Positions 41,056-52,100 of a stretch of 64,000 bases of DNA are shown piece after piece. The stretch lies in assembly GCA_021775875.1 (NCBI GenBank), contig JAJFHA010000027.1, positions 21,599-85,598 on the forward strand, given 5' to 3'. Source of the DNA: Hyphomicrobiales bacterium (GTDB lineage Bacteria > Pseudomonadota > Alphaproteobacteria > Rhizobiales > NORP267). The notes beneath the pieces were generated by a model. It did not search any database and was not told the DNA's origin. It saw only the letters and a program-made list of their open reading frames with translations. The position numbers and the translations under genes were made by a program. The stretch's first letter is position 1. Every line of letters starts with the position of its first letter.

Positions 41056-42042
41056 ATGAATACAATATCAAATCCCAAAACTGAACGTGCCAATGAAGAT
41101 ACATTGATCGCACGTTATTTTGCGCCGCTCGCAATACATGCTGGTGCGCGAGGGCTTCTGGATGATGCAGCGTTGATGCAGGTCCCCGAAGGTTCTGAAC
41201 TGGTTGTTACGCTCGATACGCTGGTTGAAGGGGTGCATTTCCGTGAAACTGATCCTGCCGACCTGATTGCCCGCAAGGCATTGCGGGTAAATTTGTCTGA
41301 TCTGGCGGCGAAGGGCGCGAAGCCGCAAGGCTATTTTTTATCCTTGGCGCTGAATAAAGATTGGTCCGAAGACTGGATTGCGAAATTTGTTTCAGGGTTG
41401 AAATCTGATCAGGAAGAATTTGGTTTGTCTCTGTTTGGTGGCGATACCACAATGTCGCCCGGGCCGCTCACCATATCGATCACGGCAATGGGGTTAGTCG
41501 ATACCGGCAAGATGGTTGCGCGTTACAACGCGAAGCCTGGTGACATGGTTTTTGTAACTGGAACCATCGGTGATGCAGCACTCGGTTTGCAGGCTAAAAA
41601 TGCAAGCGATGCCAACGACGCATTTCTTAAACAACGATATCTGTTGCCTGAACCAAGACTGGGGTTGATTGACGCACTTGCAAAATATGCCAGTGCAGCC
41701 ATGGATATTTCAGACGGGCTTCTGGGCGATTTACAGAAAATGTGCCGGGCGAGTGGCGTGGGGGCTTCTATCGAGCGAAGCAATGTGCCGCTTTCTTCCG
41801 CAGCTCAGGAATGGCTAAAGCGGTCGCCAGATATTTGGGAAAATATCCTGACTGGCGGCGATGACTATGAAATTCTTGCTGCGGTCCCGGAAAAAAATGC
41901 AACAAAATTTGTTGATGCCGCAATTGTTGCAGGAATCGATGTCACATGGTTAGGTCAGTTTGAAAAAGAGGACGGGATCAGGTTGAGTGAAAATGGCAAT
42001 CAACTGGCCCTGCCGAACACGTTGAGTTATTCCCATTTTTGA
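41056..42042 (+). CDS. thiL: Thiamine-monophosphate kinase
   Basis: DDAA, VEGVHF, VNLSDLAAKG, DISDGL, GGDDYE. Confidence 0.95.
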   Translation: MNTISNPKTERANEDTLIARYFAPLAIHAGARGLLDDAALMQVPEGSELVVTLDTLVEGVHFRETDPADLIARKALRVNLSDLAAKGAKPQGYFLSLALNKDWSEDWIAKFVSGLKSDQEEFGLSLFGGDTTMSPGPLTISITAMGLVDTGKMVARYNAKPGDMVFVTGTIGDAALGLQAKNASDANDAFLKQRYLLPEPRLGLIDALAKYASAAMDISDGLLGDLQKMCRASGVGASIERSNVPLSSAAQEWLKRSPDIWENILTGGDDYEILAAVPEKNATKFVDAAIVAGIDVTWLGQFEKEDGIRLSENGNQLALPNTLSYSHF

Positions 42043-42097
42043 CGGAACGCCGCCCTGGCGGTTCCGCTGACGAAGAAATTCCAGAAATTGAGACCTG

Positions 42098-43315
42098 ATG
42101 TCTGATTTACCCGAAACGGATCACGTTGTTGATGATGGCGTTGCCAGGCGCAATGCCGTTCTGCTGTCATTTGGGCAGGCGTTGGGTGGGTCAATTGCCG
42201 CAATTATTATTGCGACCGGCGGCCATGTTGGTGCAATGCTGGCGGATGACCGCTCACTTGCAACTCTGCCAGTCTCGGCGTTTATTCTGGGCACCGCTTT
42301 TTCTACCCTGCCCGCAAACATTGCCATGCGTTATATCGGTCGGCGCGGGGGGTATTTTCTGGCGAGCATAATCGGTATTTGCGCGATTTTGACCGCCGCT
42401 TATGGCGTCTATGTAGAAAGTTTCCGGATTTTTACCACCGGAACTTTCGCGACCGGCGGGTATTGGGCCTTTGTGCAAAGTTATCGGTTTGCCGCCGCTG
42501 ACATGGCGAGTGACAAGTTTAAAAGCAAGGCCATATCTTGGGTGATGATGGGAGGATTGGTTTCGGCTGTTGTGGGGCCGCAAACCATTATCTGGACGAA
42601 AGATTTGATTCCGGCGCATGTTTTTGCCGCAACCTATCTTGCGGGTGCGGTTTTGATTTTTGTCGCGATGCTGGTTGTCACTCAAATTAGGATTGAAAAA
42701 CCGGTTGAAACGGTTGTTACAACTGAGGCCAGGCCACTTGCTGAGGTTGCGTTGAACAGTCGGTTCCTGATTGCTGTTTTATGCGGTGTTGTTAGTTACT
42801 CCGTGATGAGTTTCATGATGACAGCATCGCCGCTTGCAATGGTTGGCATGGGTCATAGTCATTCACAGGCCGCGTTGGGAATTCAATGGCATATCGTGGC
42901 TATGTATTTCCCAAGTTTTTTCGCTGGTAATCTGATCGTGCGGTTTGGCCAGGTTAAAATTGTTGTTGCTGGTATGATATTCCTGACCGGTGCCTCAATA
43001 GTCGGATTGTCTGGAATTACGATCGCACATTTCTGGATATCTCTGATCTTTCTGGGTATAGGTTGGAATTTTGGTTATATCGGTGCAACGTCAATGTTGA
43101 CTGACTGCTACCGGGCATCCGAGAAAAACAAAGTGCAGGGTCTCAATGATTTTATGATTTTCGGGTTGAACGCAGCTGCTTCGCTTTCAGCTGGAATTAT
43201 CTACTTCCATTATGGGTGGGGTGCGATATCTGCTCTTGTCCTCCCAGCCATCGGTATTTGTCTCATGTCTCTCGCTTGGATATCCACTCGCAACAGGCAA
43301 ATATTGGGCGCGTAA
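42098..43315 (+). CDS. MFS transporter
   Basis: About 12 hydrophobic segments; IGRR loop, YRFAAAD, IQWH..MYFPS, GIGWNF. Confidence 0.88.
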   Translation: MSDLPETDHVVDDGVARRNAVLLSFGQALGGSIAAIIIATGGHVGAMLADDRSLATLPVSAFILGTAFSTLPANIAMRYIGRRGGYFLASIIGICAILTAAYGVYVESFRIFTTGTFATGGYWAFVQSYRFAAADMASDKFKSKAISWVMMGGLVSAVVGPQTIIWTKDLIPAHVFAATYLAGAVLIFVAMLVVTQIRIEKPVETVVTTEARPLAEVALNSRFLIAVLCGVVSYSVMSFMMTASPLAMVGMGHSHSQAALGIQWHIVAMYFPSFFAGNLIVRFGQVKIVVAGMIFLTGASIVGLSGITIAHFWISLIFLGIGWNFGYIGATSMLTDCYRASEKNKVQGLNDFMIFGLNAAASLSAGIIYFHYGWGAISALVLPAIGICLMSLAWISTRNRQILGA

Positions 43316-43401
43316 ACAGACAAAAAACTCAAGCGTTTCCGATAAGGCGTATTTTGACGTATGGTGCGATAATCAGACTATGGTTGTTTAATCGGAAGCA
43401 T

Positions 43402-43433
43402 ATATTGCATTGCAGTATGAATTTTGCCATGTT
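43402..43433 (+). promoter_or_regulatory. Putative sigma70 promoter of hppA overlapped by a TGC-N3-GCA palindrome
   Basis: TTGCAT-17 nt-CATGTT; ATATTGC-ATT-GCAGTAT resembles PhaR/AniA-type boxes. Confidence 0.35.
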
Positions 43434-43543
43434 CGCGCGGAATTCAGAGTAGAGCGGGGAGATTCCGCCCATTTAATTGGAATGGGGTTACGGGAGACCA
43501 CCACTCAAACGGGGCTTCAATAGATTTACAGGAATCTTTAGAT

Positions 43544-45655
43544 ATGGAAATTTGGCTGATTTTCGCTTGCGGTGCGCTGGCGATTGTTTACGGGATCTGG
43601 GCCAGTCAGGCCGTGATGTCGGCTGACGCCGGCAACGCACGCATGCAAGAAATTGCTGGTGCGATCCAGGAAGGTGCGCAGGCTTTTCTGACGCGCCAAT
43701 ATTCAACGATTGCCATTGCTGGTGTCGTCATTTTTGGCGTGGTTGCCTATTTGCTGTCCTTCACGGTCGCAGTCGGGTTTGCCATTGGGGCTATTTTATC
43801 CGGACTTGCCGGGTTTCTCGGCATGCATGTGTCGGTGCGGGCAAATGTGCGTACGGCACAAGCTGCAAGCAAAAGCCTTGCTGCAGGCCTGTCCGTCGGC
43901 TTTCGGGCTGGTGCGGTAACCGGGATGCTGGTTGCGGGCTTCGCCCTGTTGGCAGTCTCAGTATATTATTATGTTTTGACCGATGTTTTGGGAAATAGCG
44001 TTGGCGACCGGATCGTAATTGATGCGCTTGTGGCACTTGGTTTCGGCGCTTCGCTGATTTCAATTTTTGCCCGTCTCGGCGGCGGTATTTTTACCAAGGG
44101 TGCAGATGTTGGCGGCGATCTTGTAGGTAAGGTTGAAGCAGGTATTCCGGAAGATGATCCGCGTAACCCTGCAACGATTGCCGATAATGTTGGTGATAAT
44201 GTTGGTGACTGTGCCGGTATGGCTGCAGATTTGTTCGAGACTTATGTTGTGACCGTTGTAGCAACCATGGTGCTTGGGTCGATCTATTTTGCCGGATCAA
44301 ACCTGCTGTCTTCGATCATGCTGCTGCCGCTCGCCATTGGCGCGATCTGCATCATCACATCGATCATTGGAACATTCTTTGTTAAGCTTGGTGCCAGCAA
44401 CTCGATCATGGGTGCGCTGTATAAGGGCTTTATTGCAACAGCCGTTCTTTCAATTGCTGGTGTTGGTTACGTCATCAATTCTCTGATCGGATTTGATACG
44501 ATGATGACCACAGCTGGTGTCACATATTCCGGCCTTGATCTGTTTTACTGTGGTATCACCGGATTGGCGATTACCGGTCTGATCATCTGGGTGACTGAAT
44601 ATTATACTGGCGTTGAATATCGTCCGGTAAAATCAGTTGCTGCAGCATCTGCTACTGGTCACGGTACGAATGTTATTCAGGGCCTGGCTGTTTCGATGGA
44701 AGCAACCGCCGTACCGGCTCTGATCATCATTGCCGGTATTCTGATTACCTTCAGCCTGGCTGGATTGTTCGGGATCGCGATTGCGGTTGCAACCATGCTG
44801 GCACTTGCCGGCTTTGTTGTGGCGCTTGATGCGTTCGGTCCGGTTACGGATAATGCTGGTGGTATTGCTGAAATGGCAAACCTTCCTGAAGAAGTTCGTA
44901 AAACCACCGACGCGCTTGATGCGGTTGGCAATACCACAAAGGCTGTCACCAAGGGCTATGCCATTGGGTCTGCCGGTCTTGGAGCATTGGTACTGTTTGC
45001 CGCTTATACGGCTGATCTGGACTTCTTCGCCCGTACCGCAGCACCTGGAACATTCTTCTACGGTGTTAGCGTGGACTTCTCATTGTCCAACCCCTACGTG
45101 GTGGTCGGCCTGCTGTTTGGCGGTATGTTGCCTTACCTGTTCGGCTCCATGGGCATGATGGCTGTTGGCCGGGCTGCTGGATCGGTTGTTGAGGAAGTGC
45201 GGCGTCAGTTCAAGGAAAACCCTGGCATTATGAAGGGCACGGTTCGTCCTGATTATGGTCGGGCAGTGGATATGCTGACCAAGGCTGCGATCAAGGAAAT
45301 GGTTGTTCCGTCTATGCTGCCGGTACTTTCGCCAATCGTTTGTTTTGCGGCGATTTACGCAGTTGCTGACAAATCGGACGCGTTTGCTGCTCTTGGCGCG
45401 ATGCTTCTCGGTGTCATTGTGACCGGTATTTTTGTCGCTGTTTCAATGACTGCCGGTGGCGGTGCCTGGGACAATGCCAAAAAATATATCGAAGACGGCA
45501 ATCACGGTGGCAAGGGATCAGAATCCCACAAAGCTGCTGTGACCGGCGATACAGTTGGTGATCCCTACAAGGATACAGCTGGTCCTGCGATTAATCCGAT
45601 GATCAAGATCACAAATATTGTGGCTTTGTTGATGCTGGCTGTTCTCGGACACTAG
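43544..45655 (+). CDS. hppA: Membrane proton-translocating pyrophosphatase, K+-independent type
   Basis: [30 protein letters not shown] (Lys at the K+-dependence position), [10 protein letters not shown]. Confidence 0.95.
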   Translation: MEIWLIFACGALAIVYGIWASQAVMSADAGNARMQEIAGAIQEGAQAFLTRQYSTIAIAGVVIFGVVAYLLSFTVAVGFAIGAILSGLAGFLGMHVSVRANVRTAQAASKSLAAGLSVGFRAGAVTGMLVAGFALLAVSVYYYVLTDVLGNSVGDRIVIDALVALGFGASLISIFARLGGGIFTKGADVGGDLVGKVEAGIPEDDPRNPATIADNVGDNVGDCAGMAADLFETYVVTVVATMVLGSIYFAGSNLLSSIMLLPLAIGAICIITSIIGTFFVKLGASNSIMGALYKGFIATAVLSIAGVGYVINSLIGFDTMMTTAGVTYSGLDLFYCGITGLAITGLIIWVTEYYTGVEYRPVKSVAAASATGHGTNVIQGLAVSMEATAVPALIIIAGILITFSLAGLFGIAIAVATMLALAGFVVALDAFGPVTDNAGGIAEMANLPEEVRKTTDALDAVGNTTKAVTKGYAIGSAGLGALVLFAAYTADLDFFARTAAPGTFFYGVSVDFSLSNPYVVVGLLFGGMLPYLFGSMGMMAVGRAAGSVVEEVRRQFKENPGIMKGTVRPDYGRAVDMLTKAAIKEMVVPSMLPVLSPIVCFAAIYAVADKSDAFAALGAMLLGVIVTGIFVAVSMTAGGGAWDNAKKYIEDGNHGGKGSESHKAAVTGDTVGDPYKDTAGPAINPMIKITNIVALLMLAVLGH

Positions 45656-45684
45656 CAGCGCGAATCAGCGATTAAGCAATACAG

Positions 45685-45720
45685 ACCCCGCGATGCGAAA
45701 GCGTCGCGGGGTTATTCTTG
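45685..45720. terminator. Terminator hairpin between convergent hppA and bamE
   Basis: ACCCCGCGATGC-GAAA-GCGTCGCGGGGT followed by TATTCTT. Confidence 0.75.
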
Positions 45721-45721
45721 C

Positions 45722-46186
45722 CTAATTACCACCTTCGCTGAAGTTGCCGATGTTGCCGAGGATTTGGCGCAACGCTGTCAACGAATCGCCTCGGGTCGGG
45801 GTGGTGCGTGTAATAAAATCGAAAACCACGCCGTCTTTCAGGCCGTAATTGGCAATCCGCTCAACCCGGTCAGTACCATCGAAGTGAAATGTCAGGACGC
45901 GGCGCTCTGTGGTTTCAGGAGCAAAGAAGAGGCGTTGCTCACGAATTTCGGAAATGTAGAAATAAACATTGTCCTGGATCGCCGCTACTGTTGATGGCGT
46001 TCCCATGATCAGGCGTACTTGCTCCTTGCTCGACCCGATCTGGATTTGATCGAGAGCTGACTGAGACGGTACATAGCCGTGTTGCGACTTGATTTCCCCG
46101 CAAGCGCCTAGTGCCAAAGGCAGCGCAAAAACAAGGGCTGTCATCACATTCTTTGTGGTTTTTTGCTGTTGGTGACGGTTACGCAT
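45722..46186 (-). CDS. bamE: Outer membrane protein assembly factor BamE
   Basis: Lipobox LALGAC, HGY, SKEQV..MGTPS, YYIS-like FYIS. Confidence 0.9.
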   Translation of the reverse strand: MRNRHQQQKTTKNVMTALVFALPLALGACGEIKSQHGYVPSQSALDQIQIGSSKEQVRLIMGTPSTVAAIQDNVYFYISEIREQRLFFAPETTERRVLTFHFDGTDRVERIANYGLKDGVVFDFITRTTPTRGDSLTALRQILGNIGNFSEGGN

Positions 46187-46303
46187 AATGGTAATCAATT
46201 CTCAATTGCCGCATTTCTGAATGTGACCTAACCCTGCATTGGGTTATTTGCAACCAGAAGCTTTTCATTTGGCACCAAACAAGACGTTTTAAGGACGCAG
46301 GGA

Positions 46304-46867
46304 ATGAATTTTATCAAACGACTTGGCTCCCTGTTCGGTCAACAGGATGACATTTCTTACCAACTTTATGGCGCTCTTGTGGCTCAGGCGCGAAGTAAAT
46401 CCTTTTTCGCAAATGGCGGCGTTCCGGACACAATGGATGGACGGTTCGATTTGATGGTGCTCCACGCGTTTCTCCTTATCCGGCGGTTGAACAAGGCCGG
46501 AAATGCAGGTGAAGAACTGGCGCAGCAAGTTTTTGACGGGATGTTTCTTGATCTTGATAATTCGCTGAGAGAAATCGGCGTTGGTGATCTCAGCGTACCA
46601 AAAAAAATAAAGGTCATGGCAAAAGCGTTTTATGGCCGTTGTGAAGCCTATGAAGAAGCTATGGATAACGGCGATAAAACGAATCTTGAACAGGTCATTG
46701 GGCGGAATATTTTCGCGGATTTTGAACCTCCAAAAGGTGCATTGTCTGCTATCGCCACTTATATGATTGATAGCGAGGCAGAACTTACTCGCCAGAAAGA
46801 CGAGAAAATTTTGTATGGTGAAGCCACATTCCCGGTATTTAAAATGCGACAAGACACATCATCATGA
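46304..46867 (+). CDS. Ubiquinol-cytochrome c chaperone (Cbp3 family)
   Basis: GVPDTMDGRFDLMVLH, DLDNSLREIGVGDLSVPKK, AFYGR. Confidence 0.92.
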   Translation: MNFIKRLGSLFGQQDDISYQLYGALVAQARSKSFFANGGVPDTMDGRFDLMVLHAFLLIRRLNKAGNAGEELAQQVFDGMFLDLDNSLREIGVGDLSVPKKIKVMAKAFYGRCEAYEEAMDNGDKTNLEQVIGRNIFADFEPPKGALSAIATYMIDSEAELTRQKDEKILYGEATFPVFKMRQDTSS

Positions 46868-47448
46868 CTGAACCGGATTCAATAATTCTTGATTGGAAAG
46901 TTCAGGCCAGAGAGCTTGGTCGCAACGGTGTGAGCCACCAATATATGGCCGATTCAAAGGAACTTGAAGCCATCAAGGTGGCGTACAATCTGATCAGCGT
47001 GTCGCAGTTTAAACTGGACGCAGAACTTGTTCCGGGGCGAAAAGGATTGATCACCTTCAAGGGGGCAGTCCAGGCGCGAGTTGAGCAGCCTTGCAGCGTT
47101 ACATTGCTGCCGGTTTTTGAGAAAATAAACCTATCTTTCAATAGGTTACTGGCTTTTAAGGTCGCAAAATCCAAGAAGAGAATGCGTAATTTGCCAACTG
47201 GAAGAGAGACATTGCCTGTCGAAGAGATCGTGTTCACTCTCGATGAGATAGATCCGCCGGATATTCTCACTGGCAATAATGTTGATTTAGGGGAAATTGC
47301 ACTGGAAGAATTTGCTTTGGCGCTAAACCCTTATCCACGCCATGCCGAGGCAGGTGACGACGGAACATTTGTCTATCAGGAATATGTGGAGGGGGAGGAG
47401 TTGAATTCAGATACGCCCCACCCATTTGCCGCTTTGAAAAAGAAGTAG
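46864..47448 (+). CDS. YceD/DUF177 family protein
   Basis: VEQPCSVTL, DLGEIALEEFALALNPYPR, HPFAALKK. Confidence 0.88.
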   Translation: MTEPDSIILDWKVQARELGRNGVSHQYMADSKELEAIKVAYNLISVSQFKLDAELVPGRKGLITFKGAVQARVEQPCSVTLLPVFEKINLSFNRLLAFKVAKSKKRMRNLPTGRETLPVEEIVFTLDEIDPPDILTGNNVDLGEIALEEFALALNPYPRHAEAGDDGTFVYQEYVEGEELNSDTPHPFAALKKK

Positions 47449-47622
47449 AATTACCAACTTATTTTGCTCAAAAACCATGGATTGGCTTTTGGTAGAAAGT
47501 TTTTTTGTTGTTTGTCCGGTCCAATCGGATATTCTTTGTCGATGCTAGTCGCGGCAGGGGAGACAAGCCATGTCTGAATGCCGTCATAATCAACCAGTTA
47601 GATTTGCCGCAGGCCAGCTTGG

Positions 47623-48693
47623 ATGTCAGAGATAATCTCAATTTCAGTAGATGTCATGGGGGGAGATACAGGTCCCGCCGTCACCGTTCCCGGTTGCGCC
47701 TTGGCGCTGGAACGGCTGCCGAATACCCGATTCATTTTGGTGGGTGACGAAACGCAGATTAAAGCGGTCCTTGAAAATTACCCTGAGCTCGAAGAAAAGT
47801 CCGAGGTTATCCACACAGATGTGGCTGTCGGAATGGATGACAAGCCGAGCCAGGCGTTACGGCGTGGGCGACGGGTTTCCAGCATGTGGGTTGCTCTTGC
47901 TGCGGTTGCTGACAAGCGGGCTGGGTTTGCTGTTTCTGCGGGCAACACGGGCGCATTGATGGCGATGGCGCGGTTTGCCCTGAAAATGATGCCGAATGTT
48001 TCAAGACCTGCAATTGCGGCTATCTGGCCGACTATACCGGGCGAATCCATCGTTCTTGACGTTGGCGCAACAATTGGTGTGGATTCGGAACGCTTGGTGG
48101 ATTTTGCTGTCATGGGCGAAGCGATGGCGCGCGCCTTGTTCGGAATCGAACGCCCCAGCGTCGGATTGTTGAATATCGGTGTTGAAGAGGTTAAAGGCCT
48201 GGAAGAAGTGCGTATCGCGCATCGAATGCTGCGAAGTTCAAATATTCCAATGCAATATAAAGGCTTCGTCGAAGGCGATGATATCGGCAAGGGCAGTGTT
48301 GATGTTGTTGTAACAGAAGGTTTTTCCGGAAATATTGCGTTGAAGACTGCTGAGGGAACCGCCAAGCAGTTTGCAGCATATTTACGGAGCGCGATGAGCC
48401 AGACCTTTTTGTCGAGGATCGGGTTTTTGCTGGCCCGTTCTGCTTTTGCCCGGTTGCGGGAAAAAATGGATCCCCGAAAGTCAAATGGTGGTGTTTTCCT
48501 CGGTTTGAACGGTATTGTAATTAAAAGTCATGGGGGAACTGACGCGGAAGGGTTTGCAGCCGCCGTCGCTCTGGGTTACGAGATGACTTCGAATAATTTG
48601 CTGGACAACATTTCGGCTGATCTCACACTTCATCGAGCAAGTGTAGATGCCGAAGCTGAGACTGGCCAGGAAGGCGAGAAACAGGATAAGTGA
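47623..48693 (+). CDS. plsX: Phosphate acyltransferase
   Basis: [41 protein letters not shown]. Confidence 0.96.
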   Translation: MSEIISISVDVMGGDTGPAVTVPGCALALERLPNTRFILVGDETQIKAVLENYPELEEKSEVIHTDVAVGMDDKPSQALRRGRRVSSMWVALAAVADKRAGFAVSAGNTGALMAMARFALKMMPNVSRPAIAAIWPTIPGESIVLDVGATIGVDSERLVDFAVMGEAMARALFGIERPSVGLLNIGVEEVKGLEEVRIAHRMLRSSNIPMQYKGFVEGDDIGKGSVDVVVTEGFSGNIALKTAEGTAKQFAAYLRSAMSQTFLSRIGFLLARSAFARLREKMDPRKSNGGVFLGLNGIVIKSHGGTDAEGFAAAVALGYEMTSNNLLDNISADLTLHRASVDAEAETGQEGEKQDK

Positions 48694-49667
48694 GTATCAT
48701 CAGGTCCATTGTTATGGGATGCGGGTCCTATTTACCCGAGCGTATTTTGACCAATGCAGAGCTTGCTGAAAAAGTAAAAAGCTCTGATGAATGGATCAAA
48801 CAGCGCACAGGAATTCACCAACGCCATATTGCGGCTGATAGTGAAACAACTTCCGATATCGCGACGATTGCCGCTGAAAGGGCTTTAGCTGACGCTGGGA
48901 TTGATGCACAGGATATAGATCTGATTGTCCTGGCGACATCGACACCGGATCTGACATTTCCGGCAACGGCGACAACCGTCCAGGCCCGGCTTGGGATCAG
49001 GCACGGATTTGCTTACGATATTCAGGCCGTATGTTCGGGCTTTGTATTTGCACTGACCGTTGCCGACAATCACATCCGCATGGGTCAAGCAAAACGCGCA
49101 CTTGTCATTGGCGCTGAAACATTTTCGCGTATTCTTGATTGGGAAGACCGCACCACCTGTGTGTTGTTTGGTGATGGTGGCGGCGCAGTTGTTCTTGAAG
49201 CCGGTGAAGGTGAAGGAACCTCAGATGATCGAGGAATCATTTCCACCCATTTACGTTCAGACGGACATTATAATGATAAATTGTACGTAGACGGCGGACC
49301 GTCTTCCACAGGCACAGTAGGTTATCTCCGCATGGAAGGTCAGGAGGTTTTTCGTCGGGCAGTTGGGTTTTTGGCGGAAGTAATCGAAGAAGCTTTGCAA
49401 TCTTCCGGTCTGAAGGCAGAGGACATTGACTGGTTTGTTCCCCACCAGGCGAACCGCCGGATTATCGAGGCAACGGCTCGCAAAATGAACCTTTCCTGGG
49501 ATAAGGTGATCTTGACGGTGGATCGTCATGCCAACACATCGGCTGCTTCAATTCCACTGGCGCTTCGTGTTGCGTTGGACGAAAACAAGATTAAACGCGG
49601 TGATCTTGTTCTGCTTGAGGCAATGGGTGGTGGCTTTACATGGGGGAGTGCTTTGGTGCGTTGGTGA
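48690..49667 (+). CDS. fabH: 3-oxoacyl-ACP synthase III
   Basis: AVCSGF, LFGDG, PHQAN, ANTSAAS, GGGFTWG. Confidence 0.96.
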   Translation: MSIIRSIVMGCGSYLPERILTNAELAEKVKSSDEWIKQRTGIHQRHIAADSETTSDIATIAAERALADAGIDAQDIDLIVLATSTPDLTFPATATTVQARLGIRHGFAYDIQAVCSGFVFALTVADNHIRMGQAKRALVIGAETFSRILDWEDRTTCVLFGDGGGAVVLEAGEGEGTSDDRGIISTHLRSDGHYNDKLYVDGGPSSTGTVGYLRMEGQEVFRRAVGFLAEVIEEALQSSGLKAEDIDWFVPHQANRRIIEATARKMNLSWDKVILTVDRHANTSAASIPLALRVALDENKIKRGDLVLLEAMGGGFTWGSALVRW

Positions 49668-49709
49668 CCCAGGTGTCCGATGTGACTTGAAGCTATTTTT
49701 TCAGCATTA

Positions 49710-49739
49710 TTGACGTGAAGGCTGCAACGAGGCTAAGCT
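49710..49739 (+). promoter_or_regulatory. Putative sigma70 promoter of ihfA
   Basis: TTGACG-18 nt-TAAGCT. Confidence 0.4.
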
Positions 49740-49776
49740 GTTCTGCAACAACAGTTTTTCTTACGAGGAGGTTGCA

Positions 49777-50070
49777 TTGGGGGGGAATACCATTACACGA
49801 GCAGACCTCAGCGAGGCTGTTTACAAGGAAGTTGGTCTATCGCGTTCAGAATCTGCGGCGCTGGTGGAATCTTTTTTGAACGAAATTTCAAAATGTCTTG
49901 AGCGTGGCGAAACGGTGAAATTATCATCGTTTGGGTCATTTGTTGTGCGGCAGAAAAACGAGCGAATTGGTCGTAATCCTAAAACCGGCGAAGAAGTTCC
50001 TATTCCGCCACGCAAGGTGCTGGTGTTTAAACCGAGCAATGTTTTGAAAAACAAAATCAACACTGATTAA
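49777..50070 (+). CDS. ihfA: Integration host factor alpha
   Basis: [30 protein letters not shown]; TTG start after GAGGAGG. Confidence 0.96.
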   Translation: MGGNTITRADLSEAVYKEVGLSRSESAALVESFLNEISKCLERGETVKLSSFGSFVVRQKNERIGRNPKTGEEVPIPPRKVLVFKPSNVLKNKINTD

Positions 50071-50138
50071 TGGTGGGCAAGATTTTGTCCGAAATAATCC
50101 ACATATCCGGTATTCTTTGAATCGAACCGGAGATTCGT

Positions 50139-50642
50139 ATGACAACAGAAAAATCTGCCGAAGCATTTCGTACTATAAGCGAGGTCGCGCAGGAGCTTGA
50201 CCTTCCCCAGCATGTTTTGCGATTTTGGGAGACCAAGTTTTCCTATGTGAAACCTATGAAACGGGGCGGCGGACGTCGCTATTATCGACCGGGCGAAGTG
50301 GATTTGTTGCGCGGTATTCGTCACCTTCTTTATGTCCAGGGGTATACCATCAAGGGAGCGCAGAAGGTGCTTGGCGAGCATGGTGTCCGGTTTGTCGCTG
50401 AATGCTGGCAGGATGGCCATGTTCAGGCAGAATCAATGATTGCTGAAGAAACCGCTCCAGATGTGCCAGTCGATGAAGCCCCTGTTTATGTGGACCCACC
50501 GGCTGCACCAGCCGCCGCCCAAAGTGGTTCAAGCGGAATATTGACCTCAAATATCAGTCCTGAAGCGAAGCGGGCTTTGCGGTCAGTTCTGGTGGAAATG
50601 AGGGCTGCGCGCGACATGCTGCGGACTGTTCAGGCCGAGTAA
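50139..50642 (+). CDS. MerR-family HTH protein
   Basis: [35 protein letters not shown]. Confidence 0.92.
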   Translation: MTTEKSAEAFRTISEVAQELDLPQHVLRFWETKFSYVKPMKRGGGRRYYRPGEVDLLRGIRHLLYVQGYTIKGAQKVLGEHGVRFVAECWQDGHVQAESMIAEETAPDVPVDEAPVYVDPPAAPAAAQSGSSGILTSNISPEAKRALRSVLVEMRAARDMLRTVQAE

Positions 50643-50682
50643 TCTGTCGGTTAACATCTACAATCACAAGTGGTTTTTGAGA

Positions 50683-50760
50683 TGGTCGGAGCGGCAGGAT
50701 TTGAACCTGCGACCCCCAGTCCCCCAGACTGGTGCGCTAACCGGGCTGCGCCACGCTCCG
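50683..50760 (-). tRNA. tRNA-Pro(GGG)
   Basis: Reverse complement CGGAGCGTGGCGCAGCCCGGTTAGCGCACCAGTCTGGGGGACTGGGGGTCGCAGGTTCAAATCCTGCCGCTCCGACCA; cloverleaf, anticodon GGG, encoded CCA. Confidence 0.97.
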
Positions 50761-50821
50761 TACTTCTTCAAGCCGCATCATGTAGCGAGTTTATGTTGGC
50801 AAGGCAACGCCATAATATGCA

Positions 50822-52090
50822 TTAAGACACAGTCATTTGTTGTCGGGCCGTGGTAGGTCGCTTGGATAAGAATCCACCCGGCGCGATTGCGCCGCCCCAA
50901 ACCAGTCCCATCAATAAAAAATAATGACGCCAATGGTCTGTGTCGATCAACATGCCTTCCATAGCGACACCCAGATAGGTGGCATACAGGATTATATAAT
51001 AATTTTGCCAGGGGACCTTCACAAAGACCTGTTTCAAGCCCACAAAAATGGTGCACAACACAACTATCAAATAGACCGCGCCACCCGTCCATCCAGTGAT
51101 GACGAAAATATTGATATAGACGTTGTGAGGCGCTTCAGGGAAGACATCTTCAAATCCTTGGGAACCAAGTCCTGCAGGGTTATCCAGGATCAAATCCAAA
51201 GCAAGGATGTGGCGGGCAAAACGACCGCCTGGACCTGAGTCATAGTTTTGAGTGACCGCAGCACGGCGTTCAAACAAGTCGCCGACTGAATTAAACGAAA
51301 TGGTCCAGATACCAAGCATGCCAATCATGACGATCCCCATAAAGCCAAAACTAATGAGTTTAAATCGTTCATGAATGTTTTGAGCGGAGATGAACAGGAA
51401 ATAGCCAAATATTATGCCAGAGAGAATTGCATGGCCCCAGGCGCCGCGCGAAAATGCCAAAAGCAAGCCCAATGAGAGAAGAGGGATCATTGGTACAGCC
51501 CAGAGGTAACTTTTTGCGCTGCCACGGAGTAGTTTGGAAATTGCATACAAAAGCGGCGCGATCAAAAAAGGGCCAAGCACGTTTGGGTCTTCAAATGTAC
51601 CTCTTGCACGCTCGTGGATTGTAAGAAATTCTGATGCGGGTCCGGCAAGGTGAAAATAACCCAATATCCCGCTTAACGCTGCATAACAGGCAGCAACAGA
51701 CCATCCGTTCATGATGCGTTCGAAATTTCTGTATGGATCCTGAGCTATATAACTTGCGATAAAAATTGACGACAAGATCAAATAGCCGGTGATCAGCACG
51801 TTGACCCCTGTTGGCATGAAATTGATCGGGACGATGGAAGCAAAAAATCCACCTGCCACATATGCAGCCAGTAAAATTATCAGCGGGATCAAGCGCCAGG
51901 AAATTGTCATTCCGGTCATAAAAAATACCGCAATTGTTCCCAACATTAAAACGTCATATGGAGCTGGTTCGAATAGAACAAAACCGCTTGTCACCATGGT
52001 TAGCCATATCAGGCCATGGCCAAGCTTATTTGTTTGTTGGCCAGTGGATTGAAATCCTGGATGCGTAATTGTTGGTTGCAGATAGGTCAT
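50822..52090 (-). CDS. O-antigen ligase/Wzy-family membrane protein (upp cluster)
   Basis: EPAPYD, RARGTFEDPNV, FSRGAW, PHNVY, IDTDHWRH. Confidence 0.88.
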   Translation of the reverse strand: MTYLQPTITHPGFQSTGQQTNKLGHGLIWLTMVTSGFVLFEPAPYDVLMLGTIAVFFMTGMTISWRLIPLIILLAAYVAGGFFASIVPINFMPTGVNVLITGYLILSSIFIASYIAQDPYRNFERIMNGWSVAACYAALSGILGYFHLAGPASEFLTIHERARGTFEDPNVLGPFLIAPLLYAISKLLRGSAKSYLWAVPMIPLLSLGLLLAFSRGAWGHAILSGIIFGYFLFISAQNIHERFKLISFGFMGIVMIGMLGIWTISFNSVGDLFERRAAVTQNYDSGPGGRFARHILALDLILDNPAGLGSQGFEDVFPEAPHNVYINIFVITGWTGGAVYLIVVLCTIFVGLKQVFVKVPWQNYYIILYATYLGVAMEGMLIDTDHWRHYFLLMGLVWGGAIAPGGFLSKRPTTARQQMTVS

Positions 52091-52100
52091 TTTAGCCGAA

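Noticed and set aside
47449-47622. Missing rpmF between yceD and plsX
   Set aside because: No L32-like ORF is visible, but separation of rpmF from this cluster is usual in Rhizobiales as far as I recall.
50643-50821. tRNA-Pro as an integration site for the polysaccharide cluster
   Set aside because: No integrase and no duplicated tRNA 3' end seen; the cluster lies on the 5' side of the tRNA.
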